Positions 19,989-29,519 of a DNA stretch of 64,000 bases are shown here, one piece after another; the first letter of the stretch is position 1, and each line of letters starts with the position of its first letter. Both the position numbers and the translations under genes were made by a program. The DNA is from Halobacteriovoraceae bacterium. Its GTDB lineage: Bacteria > Bdellovibrionota > Bacteriovoracia > Bacteriovoracales > Bacteriovoracaceae. The stretch spans positions 224,001-288,000 of the forward strand of contig CAVRCF010000002.1 of NCBI GenBank assembly GCA_963719505.1, read 5' to 3'. The notes below the pieces were generated by a model that was not told the DNA's origin, searched no databases, and saw nothing but the letters and a program-made list of their open reading frames with translations.

Positions 19989-20159
19989 ATGGATTCTAAA
20001 TGGCTAAGTACCTCAGAGGCAGAAGCCTATTTAGGTAGAACGAGAAATGCAATTTGGATAATGGTCAGTCGAGGATATATAGAAAAGCGTAAGTGGCATG
20101 GTCGGCTTTATTTTAAAAAGTCTGAGCTTGATAGTTTGATTGAAAACGGTATGTATTAA
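19989..20159 (+). CDS. xis: Excisionase / HTH_17 protein (56 aa, not in ORF track)
   Basis: MDSKWLSTSEAEAYLGRTRNAIWIMVSRG...GRLYFKKSELDSLIE; GGAGG RBS; directly before integrase. Confidence 0.8.
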   Translation: MDSKWLSTSEAEAYLGRTRNAIWIMVSRGYIEKRKWHGRLYFKKSELDSLIENGMY

Positions 20160-20171
20160 TTAAGGAGAGGC

Positions 20172-21260
20172 ATGGCAATAACTGAGAGTTTTAGAAACGG
20201 AAATAAAACATTTAATGTTTATGTGAATTTAAGAAGTAAGACCATGCCTCATATCCGACTTCAAAGAAGACTAAAAGGAATTACGACTAAAACAGAAGCA
20301 GTTAGAAAGGAAAGACTTATAGTAAGAGATTTGAGCTCACAAATTTCAATAAAAGAGGGACATGGGCTAACTTGGAGAATGATCATTAACCGCTGGAGAA
20401 TTTATGCAAGTGATTCAAACTTTATTGAACGTCCATATAATCCAGCAACAATTAAAGACTATTGTTCAATGATGCGTAATTGGACTAGAGAGTGGTTAGA
20501 TAGACCAGCATCTGAATTAACCAAAGGTGAGGGGCGAGCTGTTTTGAAAGAAGTTATTGTTCAAGGAAAAAGTAAAGCCTTTCAAAAAAGACTTAAAAAT
20601 ACTATTAACATGATTTTTAATTGGGCAATTGAAGAGAGACTTGTTCGAGGTTTACATCATAGCCCTGTCTACGGGCTTAAGATAACGGTTAAACAAGATA
20701 AACGACCAGAAATTTTAAAGAAGTTTGAAATAATTTTACTTTTAGAAAAGGCAAAAGAGTTTGAAAATGAGTGCTATCCAGTATGGGTAATTGCTCTGTT
20801 AACTGGAATGAGAAATGGAGAGCTTTACGCTCTTAAGTGGAGTGATGTTGATTTTGCCAATAAACAAATTACAGTTCAAAGATCATTTAACAGAAGAACG
20901 GGGGAGATGAAGTCGACGAAAGCAGGGTATTGGAGAAATGTACCAATATCGAAAGATTTGGAGAGAATATTAAGAAATCTTAATGCTAAAAATAGTGAGT
21001 TTGTTTTACCAAGACTTGTAAATTGGCGTAAAGGTAATCAAGCGAAAATTCTTAAGCTCCATTGCAGAACTATCGGTATACCAGCTGTGAAGTTTCACAC
21101 TTTAAGAGCCTGTTTTGCTACTCAACTTATTGGCTCAGGGGTTGAGCCTATTAAAGTTATGAAGATTTGTGGGTGGCGAGATCTTAAGACTATGGCTTAT
21201 TACATGAGATTGTCTGGGATTGAAGAGAAGGGAGCGACCGAGAACTTGAAGTTTCTTTGA
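20172..21260 (+). CDS. int: Tyrosine recombinase/integrase
   Basis: TGMRNGEL, K, FHTLRA, GW and AYY catalytic motifs. Confidence 0.95.
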   Translation: MAITESFRNGNKTFNVYVNLRSKTMPHIRLQRRLKGITTKTEAVRKERLIVRDLSSQISIKEGHGLTWRMIINRWRIYASDSNFIERPYNPATIKDYCSMMRNWTREWLDRPASELTKGEGRAVLKEVIVQGKSKAFQKRLKNTINMIFNWAIEERLVRGLHHSPVYGLKITVKQDKRPEILKKFEIILLLEKAKEFENECYPVWVIALLTGMRNGELYALKWSDVDFANKQITVQRSFNRRTGEMKSTKAGYWRNVPISKDLERILRNLNAKNSEFVLPRLVNWRKGNQAKILKLHCRTIGIPAVKFHTLRACFATQLIGSGVEPIKVMKICGWRDLKTMAYYMRLSGIEEKGATENLKFL

Positions 21261-21336
21261 ATATTTAGTTCTCTGTAATGTAGTTAACTTCTTTATAGAA
21301 AACAAATTTTTCAATCAAGTGATGTGATAGGTTTAA

Positions 21337-21972
21337 TTACAAGTATATGTGATAATCTAGTTCGGCAGCACTTAATCTAACTGTTATTGCTGGTTTGGTT
21401 ACATCAAAGATCTTTGCAAGGTCATGGTAAATAATGTCGATATCCTCATCGTCAAATTCATCTATTGAATTATACTTAGACTTTCTTTCTTCAATTAACT
21501 CTAACAATTTTGGTTCAAGAATACTTTTGGGAGCTAACAAAGCTCCTCCAAAATAGTCTGCCTGCCATTCAGCACTTCTATATTGCGTATTGGGTAAGAA
21601 ATTAATTATAGATGCATAATCATCTGTTTTTTGTGCTTCTATGAGAGCTTCGACCATCATTTCAATTAATTCCTTGTGGAGTACTAAATGGCCAACTTCA
21701 TGTGCAATTGAAAACCTAGCTCTTTTAGGTTGCTTTTCATATATCGATTCATCAATTCTAAGGATTTTTTTACATGCAACTAAAGCTGTATCAATTTTAC
21801 ATCCAGCCTCCAACCTAGGACAGGGCATAACTCTGTATTTAAATTCATTGTAGAGAAATAGCTCAACTTCAAAAGGATAATCTTTGATACTTTTTCCTTT
21901 ATGAATTTGATCTACGATCGCCTCAATTTCATCTTTTTCTAAGTACTTAACAGTTAGTTTCTCTTTATTCAT
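21337..21972 (-). CDS. ImmA/IrrE family metallo-endopeptidase
   Basis: RFSIAHEVGH, EWQADYF, C-terminal HTH LAKIFDVT. Confidence 0.9.
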   Translation of the reverse strand: MNKEKLTVKYLEKDEIEAIVDQIHKGKSIKDYPFEVELFLYNEFKYRVMPCPRLEAGCKIDTALVACKKILRIDESIYEKQPKRARFSIAHEVGHLVLHKELIEMMVEALIEAQKTDDYASIINFLPNTQYRSAEWQADYFGGALLAPKSILEPKLLELIEERKSKYNSIDEFDDEDIDIIYHDLAKIFDVTKPAITVRLSAAELDYHIYL

Positions 21973-22342
21973 TTTCTTTTGTTACCGTATTTTTGATCCA
22001 TTTAACTAAGTTATCTATTTCATCCTCTTTCAACTGTTGCCCATTAATTTTTCTTAGCATTACAGGCATGTGTTCCATTAGCTCTGAGTCATGAAGATCT
22101 TTGGGAAGAATTTTTACAGCATTTGCTAATGAAACTAACTCGTTTTTTACTTCTTCAGTCCCATCAAATAGTTTAACAGCTTTGTCATAAAACTCTTTAT
22201 CAGTGGGGGGATTAGATACTCCAGTCTCGACTCGACTCCAATTACCCGCATCTAAAGTCATTTCTTTGCAAAACTTTCTTAACGAAAAGCCTGCAGCAAT
22301 TCTTAATTCTGTAAATCTGTCTCCAAACTTGTTATTTGTCAT
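21965..22342 (-). CDS. XRE-family HTH repressor
   Basis: FGDRFTELRIAAGFSLRKFC..GNWSRVETG; ATG at 22342 with GGAG RBS. Confidence 0.85.
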   Translation of the reverse strand: MTNNKFGDRFTELRIAAGFSLRKFCKEMTLDAGNWSRVETGVSNPPTDKEFYDKAVKLFDGTEEVKNELVSLANAVKILPKDLHDSELMEHMPVMLRKINGQQLKEDEIDNLVKWIKNTVTKENE

Positions 22343-22409
22343 AAAACTCCTTTGACGCGATCGCCAATGCGAAGCGTTGGCCACCGCGCGTACTTAATTA
22401 TACATTGGG

Positions 22410-22574
22410 TGTTGTCTTTTGTCTACAACACTTTATCGGCTTCAGTTGAAAATAATTAAAATTAAATCTATAAAGTATTAAAATTATTGATTATTACGAA
22501 TTTTGTTGTATAAACTTTACAACACAAACAGGTGTTGTGTTAAGCTTACATCATGTTGTAGTTAAAGTACAACA
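22410..22574. promoter_or_regulatory. Four 21-bp operators, consensus TGTTGTA-N7-TACAACA
   Basis: 22410-22430, 22504-22524 (perfect), 22533-22553, 22554-22574 (perfect). Confidence 0.85.
22433..22459 (-). promoter_or_regulatory. Possible sigma28 (FliA)-like promoter for xre-immA
   Basis: Minus strand TTAA-N15-GCCGATAA. Confidence 0.4.
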
Positions 22575-22611
22575 ACTGAAAATTTCTGCAATATTTTTAA
22601 GGTGGTAAAAC

Positions 22612-22797
22612 ATGAAATTTGATAAAAAACTTGTTACGGCTAATAAGGAAAATATAAGTCTTATGTTTAGTGTTGAAATGTTAAGAGAAACTCAGTTTAT
22701 GCAATCTATAGTTAACACTCTGAAGTTAGCTTACTTTCAGCAGATATTTGGTAAAGATGATTCTGAATATTATTATATTGGTAGGGCGGAGAAATGA
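22612..22797 (+). CDS. Small hypothetical protein
   Basis: AAGGTGG RBS; stop overlaps nuclease start. Confidence 0.45.
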   Translation: MKFDKKLVTANKENISLMFSVEMLRETQFMQSIVNTLKLAYFQQIFGKDDSEYYYIGRAEK

Positions 22798-23435
22798 GAG
22801 TTTTGAGCCTCTTTTATGTGGGACTTCTACCTTATTTCGCTTATTCAGATGTTTTGTCTTTCGGTACTGCTAAAAAGAAATTAGTAAGCGTTTACGCTGA
22901 CTACGATAGAACAATATATTGCGATTGCAAGTTTATTCCTACTACTAAAGAGATCCGTTATGATTCCTGCGGATTTGAGAGTAAGTTATACAGAGGGCAA
23001 AGAAGGAAAATTGAATGGGAACATCTTATGCCTAAATCTTGGTACACTACAAAGCAAGATAGAACTGGCGAAGGTGATATGCATAATTTATATCCAAGTA
23101 TCGGTGTTATAAACGCCGTTAGATCTAATAAGATTTTCAAATATATCGATGGTGAAAAACGCGAGTTTGGAAAATGTGACTTTGAATCTAATTCAGATTT
23201 TGCAGAACCCAGATTTGAGATTAGGGGAGCGATCGCAAGAACTTACCTTTATATGGTTTGGAAATATCCTGTTAAAAAAGATGTTTTGAAGCAGCTGCCA
23301 GATCTTGAAAAATGGTCAATTGGCTCACCCCCAACTAGCTGGGAGTGTAAGAGAAATATGAAAATCAAAAAGGTTCAGGGAAATGATAATCCGTTTGTTA
23401 CATCTCTCTGTCGACGAGGAGTAATACAGATTTGA
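22794..23435 (+). CDS. endA: Endonuclease I (EndA/Dns) family secreted nuclease
   Basis: IYCDC, IEWEH, DMHNLYPSIGVINAVRSN, RGAIARTYLYM, QGNDNPF. Confidence 0.9.
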   Translation: MRVLSLFYVGLLPYFAYSDVLSFGTAKKKLVSVYADYDRTIYCDCKFIPTTKEIRYDSCGFESKLYRGQRRKIEWEHLMPKSWYTTKQDRTGEGDMHNLYPSIGVINAVRSNKIFKYIDGEKREFGKCDFESNSDFAEPRFEIRGAIARTYLYMVWKYPVKKDVLKQLPDLEKWSIGSPPTSWECKRNMKIKKVQGNDNPFVTSLCRRGVIQI

Positions 23436-23613
23436 ATTGTTTTACAACGGGTCTTAACATAATTATTAAGTAGAAGAAGAGCCATGGAAAAAGAGCTCTT
23501 CAAAATAAACACCTAGATGTTGGTCATTTAAAGAGCTCTGAATTATTTGTGAGAACTTAATTCTGCATGAACTCTACTCGATGGTCAATACCTGCAATGA
23601 AAAGGAGTTCAAT

Positions 23614-24972
23614 ATGAGCGCAAAGTCTTCACCCAAAGTTCAGGAGTCAAATCCTCAAGCGGAACAAAATCCATCTGAAAATTACGTGTATATGAGGGCT
23701 AACCATGTCCTAGGGACGCAATTTGAATCCGATGATGATATGTTTAAAATTCATTTTAAGTTCTCTGATGATAAAGTCATAAGCTCCGATGTTCACGCTC
23801 TATACCGTGAAGCTAAGCTTTTAAAATATATACCTTATGATGACTTTATGGAAACAAATCAAATTGAGTTGATCGAAGCTCTAAAAGAAGAGGGTATTCT
23901 TATAGCTGTTAAGAATCATGTAATCAAACCGGAACAAGATTTCAAAGAACAAATGAAACTTCATTGTAGTCACATTCAAATCCTTACCCTTACTGAAATC
24001 AATGGCAAGCTTGGTGCTATGACTATTAATAATCCACAAGCATATCAAAATGGTTTATTTGGTGAACCTGACTACCCAATGACTTTTATAAGATTAAAGT
24101 TTCCAGGAGGATTAAAAGAAGAAGATAGAAAAGGTTTCATTAAAAATATTAAAACTTGGCTTTTGATTTTGAACACCTTTACTGTTTTCCCCGAAGATTA
24201 TAATGGTGGAGACCCTCTGAGTGCACTTACTCACGATGAGATTTTAGAGTATGGTGATCATCTCCTAAGAGGACTCTGTGGTTATTTAGATTCGATAAAT
24301 TGGTTAAAAAAGGCTGAGAACCACTTGTATTGTGCAGAGTTAGCATATATGGCTCTAAATCTTGGTTTAAAATATCCTCTAAACTCCAAGTACATCCCTG
24401 AAAACTTAATAGAGAAAATCTGTGAAGAAATTCAAACTAAAAAATTCTTAGATCAAAACGAAAACTCTTATATTAAAGGTGTTTCAATTGAACTTTCTTC
24501 TGAAAGTTTGGAACCAATTGGTGAAGACATCAACGCTATAGAACCATTTTATATGTCTGATATGATTGAAAGTTTTATCAAACATACTGTTCCACGCTTC
24601 AAAAACGGGGAAGATTGCAAAAAATATCAAGCCATTCTATATGAACAGAGCATCGGCGCTCTAAAATCAATGGCTCCAGATGTTTTCAACTCGAAGATGT
24701 CACATAAGATTGATAACATCTTGGCCGAAATCACAGAACTTCTACTTGCTGAATATCCTTCATATGAAAGTTTTCGTATGGCGCTCGATAAAAAGCTATT
24801 GACTTTGAATACGACTGTTAGAGAGATTTCAGGCAAAGACAAAATTTATATACCACCTCACGCATTCCTCATTAGAATGCTTGAAAACGAGCTAGAGAAT
24901 AAAATAAAAGGTGTCTTGGGCTTTGAATATTTTGCACATGGGATGCATAAGTCAATCCTGGTTCAGGAGTAG
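23614..24972 (+). CDS. Hypothetical protein, possible permuted papain-like (NlpC/P60) enzyme
   Basis: His (CSHIQI) precedes LYCAEL; AAGGAG RBS at MSAKS. Confidence 0.45.
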   Translation: MSAKSSPKVQESNPQAEQNPSENYVYMRANHVLGTQFESDDDMFKIHFKFSDDKVISSDVHALYREAKLLKYIPYDDFMETNQIELIEALKEEGILIAVKNHVIKPEQDFKEQMKLHCSHIQILTLTEINGKLGAMTINNPQAYQNGLFGEPDYPMTFIRLKFPGGLKEEDRKGFIKNIKTWLLILNTFTVFPEDYNGGDPLSALTHDEILEYGDHLLRGLCGYLDSINWLKKAENHLYCAELAYMALNLGLKYPLNSKYIPENLIEKICEEIQTKKFLDQNENSYIKGVSIELSSESLEPIGEDINAIEPFYMSDMIESFIKHTVPRFKNGEDCKKYQAILYEQSIGALKSMAPDVFNSKMSHKIDNILAEITELLLAEYPSYESFRMALDKKLLTLNTTVREISGKDKIYIPPHAFLIRMLENELENKIKGVLGFEYFAHGMHKSILVQE

Positions 24973-24983
24973 GAGAAATTACG

Positions 24984-25878
24984 ATGAGAAATATTGACCT
25001 TAGGCAGGCATTACAATGCGCTAAGCTTTCTAAATTAGCTTATGAAAAATTTGATATAACTCTCGAACCCTTTAAAAAAAATTTGAAATCAGAAGGGTTT
25101 GAGTTGGTGAGAGTCATAATCGATAAGGAGTCAGGCACCAAAGGTTATTTAGCAAAAATTGAAGATGATTATTTTTTGGTATTTACTGGAACTGAAGCTA
25201 ATTACCTGGATATTTTAACAGATTTGAATGCTCCTTTGGTAAACGGGCACCTTGGAAGCAAGCATAGTGGATTCTATGAGAGCTATATGACAGTGAAAGA
25301 AAAAATTGAAAGGTGTTTACCTAAGAAAAAAAAATCTTTATATCTCAGGGCATTCTCTCGGCGGAGCACTAGCATACTTGGCATATGAGGATTTTAAGTC
25401 AACTAACAATGTATTAGGCTGCTATACTTTTGGAGCTCCGCCTGTAGGCATTGATGAAATCATTACAGAAGAGGGCAAATTACCGATATTTAGGCTTGTG
25501 AATGATTCTGATATCATTCCTCGAATCATGTTTGCGGGAGCTTTCATTATTGTATTCTTGAGATTGGTAGTTCTGCTTCCTAAGACTATTCGCTCAAGGT
25601 CCAAGTGGGTAAGAGACCAAGTTGCTAAAGCTGAAAAATGGCTAACAATTGTAAATGATGATATGTTGAAGTATAAACATCCGAGTGCTGGAGTTTATTT
25701 CGATAAAAAGGGTAGGTACAGACATCACTTTGATGAAGCTTTGAGCAAAACTACTTTTCTTAAAATTTTCTTTGAAGTTGGTTATAAAGCGACATTTCTC
25801 GACCATAAAATCGATGGTTACATCGAAATGATAGAGAAAAATCTTGAATCGTCGAATTATGTCGAACGCTTAAATTAG
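24984..25878 (+). CDS. Class 3 lipase (frameshift in poly-A near 25330)
   Basis: LVFTGTE, HSGF, GHSLGG, YTFGAP, VNDSDIIP, DH. Confidence 0.85.
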
Positions 25879-26210
25879 TCAGAAAACAGAAAGAACTTTT
25901 TTTGATATTTAAATGCTCTCGTTAATTTAGCCACCAGAGAGATCACCAGATATTTGGAAGTGGACTTTTACGAAGGATACATTGAAAATATTATTTATGG
26001 CATTAGAGTGCGTACACACTGATCTTATAGGGTGATAATAACGGAAGGAAAAAAGATGACTATGATGTGCAATATAATCAATGTGATATTCTTAATTTAG
26101 CTTTGATAGTGATGAAGGAAATAGACTACCTAGCAATTGATGGGGCTTACAGTACGGCTCATAAAAAGGTTAGCTGAACCAAATATGTAAGCATATGGAT
26201 AAGTGATTCT

Positions 26211-26840
26211 ATGGCTGTAGAGGTTAATATGTTTGAAAATTTACTAGAGACGATTGGTTTTAAGAGGAATAAATTATCTAATATATTTAGCTTATTAATT
26301 ACGATTGTAATTATGTTCGCATTTGACAAGAATCAGATAATTGAAACAACACATGTCTTATTCTATTTCTTGTTTGTTGCATTTTACTGTGCGATAAACT
26401 ATGTGTTCGTTCTTTTGAGTAGACTCTTGAGCCATATCGTATTAGGCATAAATTCAGTTTTTTATGGGAGGACACTAAAGAAGAAAGTAAATAACCTACA
26501 TCCTAAAGCATTTTTGATTTTATCTAGCTTTTTTGAAAGTAATACAAGGTTTGGAACATTTTCTAGCAAAGATTATGACTTAGATTACATGCAAGAATTG
26601 TTAGATTTGGATCTTTTAAAAACTTATGAAAGTATTTTGCCTGCTGACAGTCAATTGGCATTACGAAATGCGCTAGGAGAAACTTTTGTAAAAGCTGAAA
26701 TTAACAAAGAGGTTTTTGACTATCTTAGTGAAAATTATTGCGAAAAAGCAATTCGATTTGGGTTCATACTGTATCGAGCAGATGTTCGGGAGAAACACAG
26801 AGATCTAATTTTAAAATGCAATAAAGAATATGGGTATTGA
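26211..26840 (+). CDS. Membrane protein, possibly SieB-like
   Basis: Two N-terminal TM helices plus cytoplasmic helical domain. Confidence 0.4.
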   Translation: MAVEVNMFENLLETIGFKRNKLSNIFSLLITIVIMFAFDKNQIIETTHVLFYFLFVAFYCAINYVFVLLSRLLSHIVLGINSVFYGRTLKKKVNNLHPKAFLILSSFFESNTRFGTFSSKDYDLDYMQELLDLDLLKTYESILPADSQLALRNALGETFVKAEINKEVFDYLSENYCEKAIRFGFILYRADVREKHRDLILKCNKEYGY

Positions 26841-26932
26841 GCCAAGTTTAATAACGTTGTAGTTTAATGTAGTAATTCATAGATTGTAAGTTAAGAATTT
26901 CGATATGTTATAATAGCTTCACCTTCACCTTT

Positions 26933-27106
26933 ACCTCCATCACCGTCGAAGTGCTTGATATTATTGATTTTTGGGTCTGTTTTATGTGGCTACTTTGCGG
27001 TAAATGGTAATCTCCCAAGATAATTTTGGACTACTTAGTCGAGTAGTCTTTCCTTAATTAAACTTAATCATTTATTTCATAAAATACTCCTGCAGCGGAG
27101 TATAAT
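26933..27106 (+). repeat. att-like repeat copy A
   Basis: ACCTCCATCACCGTCGAAGTGCTTGATATTATTGA...GTGGCTACTTTGCGGTAA...TATAAT; aligns with 30567-30739. Confidence 0.85.
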
Positions 27107-27196
27107 GTTAGTTATTGTCATTTAACCTAAAGAACTTCGTGGAGCTAGTAGCACTATCGGATATCTAGTTTTACAAATATAAATAATAGGGTCCTT

Positions 27197-28150
27197 TTGA
27201 AAAGAAATAGTTTTAATACCATTTTTAAGGTGAAAGAAAACGCCTATAAATTTGATGAAGATATAATTCTCGTTAGAGATCATATTGGAATTTTGAGTGG
27301 AAAAGAAGAGGTCTTTCTTAATGAAAAAAAGATTGCTTCACACTTAAGTCCTTTCATAGATCTGAAAAAATATGACCATATTTTAATTGATGAAGAAGTA
27401 AGAGGGAAACATGGTCGCAAATTTCACTTAAAAGTTGTTTGTGGCATGCACTTATACTTTTTTCCTCGAGCGCATATATACATAAATGATAAATTGGTCT
27501 CAGGAGATATCTCCAAGCCTATATATATTCCACCAGTTCATTGGTTTTTAGTAGTATATATGTCAGCCTTACTAGGCTTTTGTGACTTGATTGTAGACAA
27601 TAGTTTTGAGATCTATTCGGAATACTCCATTAACAGAGAGTCAAAAGTGAAAGTAGAATTAGACTCTGAGGATCTATGGCAAACAGATATTTACAGAGTT
27701 TTTGATAAGAGTAATAAGAAATTGAAAAAAATCAAGAAAGCTGAATGGTTGAAAAAATGTGAGGAGCTTAGTAATCACCAATGCAGGTTGGTATCTTATA
27801 TATTTGCAATAGATGGACAAACTGAAAAAAAGCTAAAGTACGCTCTAAGATCATGTCTAAATGGTTTTCCATTGAGTTGTTACCATGCTTATCTGACTAG
27901 GACTTTTACGGTCTCTCACCCTAGATACAAAGAAACAACTGACAGATTAGTTGAATTCTGTTCAAAAATTGGAAAATTTAATTATAGAGAAAAAACTGTC
28001 TGTCGTAACTTTGCAAAATATTACTATAAAGAGTCAGGCAATATCATCTTTTATAAAAATGTGTCAGGAAAGCTTTGTGACCAAGGAGTCGATCGAAGTT
28101 GTTACAATTTACAAGCAGTAATGGGAGAAGTAATTAGATATAAAGATTGA
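27197..28150 (+). CDS. Membrane-anchored protein with Cys-rich Sel1-like repeats
   Basis: Central TM; repeated CxxxxxxxC motifs (SCLNGFPLSC, LCDQGVDRSC). Confidence 0.5.
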   Translation: MKRNSFNTIFKVKENAYKFDEDIILVRDHIGILSGKEEVFLNEKKIASHLSPFIDLKKYDHILIDEEVRGKHGRKFHLKVVCGMHLYFFPRAHIYINDKLVSGDISKPIYIPPVHWFLVVYMSALLGFCDLIVDNSFEIYSEYSINRESKVKVELDSEDLWQTDIYRVFDKSNKKLKKIKKAEWLKKCEELSNHQCRLVSYIFAIDGQTEKKLKYALRSCLNGFPLSCYHAYLTRTFTVSHPRYKETTDRLVEFCSKIGKFNYREKTVCRNFAKYYYKESGNIIFYKNVSGKLCDQGVDRSCYNLQAVMGEVIRYKD

Positions 28151-28349
28151 TTTGATATGTAGTGAGCTTTTAAAAGGACTAAATAGACTATGCCTCAATC
28201 GATAGTCGGGACGATTGTTGCAAGATTAATATTCGGAATGATGATTTTTACGGGACTAATCGCTACATTCGAAAATTGAAAGAGCATAGTTGAAAATGGT
28301 ATATTGAAATATGATAATCAAAATTGATAATCTATTGAAATAGGATTTT

Positions 28350-29255
28350 ATGTACGTACTTAAATTTAGAAAGTTCAAAGCACCAAAGGCTCACAGATTT
28401 GGACCAGATTATTTGTCCCTTTCAAATGACGACGTGGCTCATATTATAGATATAATTCAATCTGATGTAGAAGATTCTTCTGCTATTGAAAGAGAGGAGT
28501 ATAAGTCAGATCTTGAAAATAAATTTATAAGTATTTACTTCGATCCCTTAGTATTTGGAAGTGAAAAAGAGGTTGCATGCTTACTTTCCCCCTTTTTTAG
28601 AGTTAATAAGAATAGTAAAGATATTGATCCTGCTTTACTGGATTTTGAGACAGAAACAGAAATAATAACCTGGGCGGAAATCTCTAATCTAACAGGTCAT
28701 ACCTATCAAGAAATTTGGAAGTTACTTCACCAAGGCACTGACGCGTTCAGAGATGAAGAACTTTTTGATGTTCAAGAGTACAATAAATTTTATGATTTAC
28801 TCCAAAAAGAAAATATATTTGTACCATATGAACGAAAATTTCATCCACTTCTTGTTAATAGTATTAAAGAGTCTTTCAAAGAAAATAACGTTTTGAGGTT
28901 GATAACTTGTGAAGAGATGGGTGAGGATGTATTCATTGATAAAGTAGATGAAGTTGACTCACATGATCTTGTTCATACATCATCAATTTTATCTGAGGAT
29001 AAATCTATTTGTTATATTAATCGATTTGAAGAGTATCATTTCTACTTAGTCGCTACTGAAGAAATTATTGGTAGGATTATTGAGAAATACGGATTTGAAC
29101 AAATAAGCCTGATAAAGGTGAAAGACGATTTATCTGAAAGAGGTCTTAGAAAAGAGTTTTCCAAAAAAGAAAAATTAAATAATCTTCTCTTTCTTGGGGC
29201 TGTAATATTCTTTCTGGTCCTAGTTGGAATCTCTTATTATAGAGGCCATAGTTGA
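28350..29255 (+). CDS. Acidic hypothetical protein with C-terminal TM anchor
   Basis: 301-aa ORF. Confidence 0.6.
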   Translation: MYVLKFRKFKAPKAHRFGPDYLSLSNDDVAHIIDIIQSDVEDSSAIEREEYKSDLENKFISIYFDPLVFGSEKEVACLLSPFFRVNKNSKDIDPALLDFETETEIITWAEISNLTGHTYQEIWKLLHQGTDAFRDEELFDVQEYNKFYDLLQKENIFVPYERKFHPLLVNSIKESFKENNVLRLITCEEMGEDVFIDKVDEVDSHDLVHTSSILSEDKSICYINRFEEYHFYLVATEEIIGRIIEKYGFEQISLIKVKDDLSERGLRKEFSKKEKLNNLLFLGAVIFFLVLVGISYYRGHS

Positions 29256-29519
29256 GTCAACAAAAGACTTTATTCACGGCTTAGGGAGCGATTTTAGATC
29301 TAAAACTAAAGAAGTCATACATATATGTCCCATGCAGTATACGATACTTACAGAACAGAGATTGATGCTGATGAACGTGGCATCATTCCTTAAATATTAT
29401 TAAGGATAGTAACGTCTGCTAATCCCAATAGGCTTCAAACCTCCTATAGGTAATCTTGAAAGAACCTCTTTTGAGTTGGATCCAATTTCAGGTATAGTAA
29501 ATCAATAAGGAGAACAAAA

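Larger units (their letters stand above)
8567..21260 (+). mobile_element. Integrative conjugative element core (T4SS, T4CP, relaxase, ssb, xis, int); true boundaries not defined
   Basis: Co-directional, tightly spaced VirB4, VirB10, VirD4, relaxase and tyrosine integrase genes. Confidence 0.85.

Noticed and set aside
21261-21336. attR immediately after the integrase
   Set aside because: No direct repeat of this segment or RNA-gene fragment recognised elsewhere in the window
22410-22574. CRISPR mini-array
   Set aside because: Variable centres and irregular spacing (0 to 73 bp), no cas genes; fits operators
23449-23478. dif/Xer site (TTATGTTAA on the minus strand)
   Set aside because: No XerC-like arm at the 6-bp spacing
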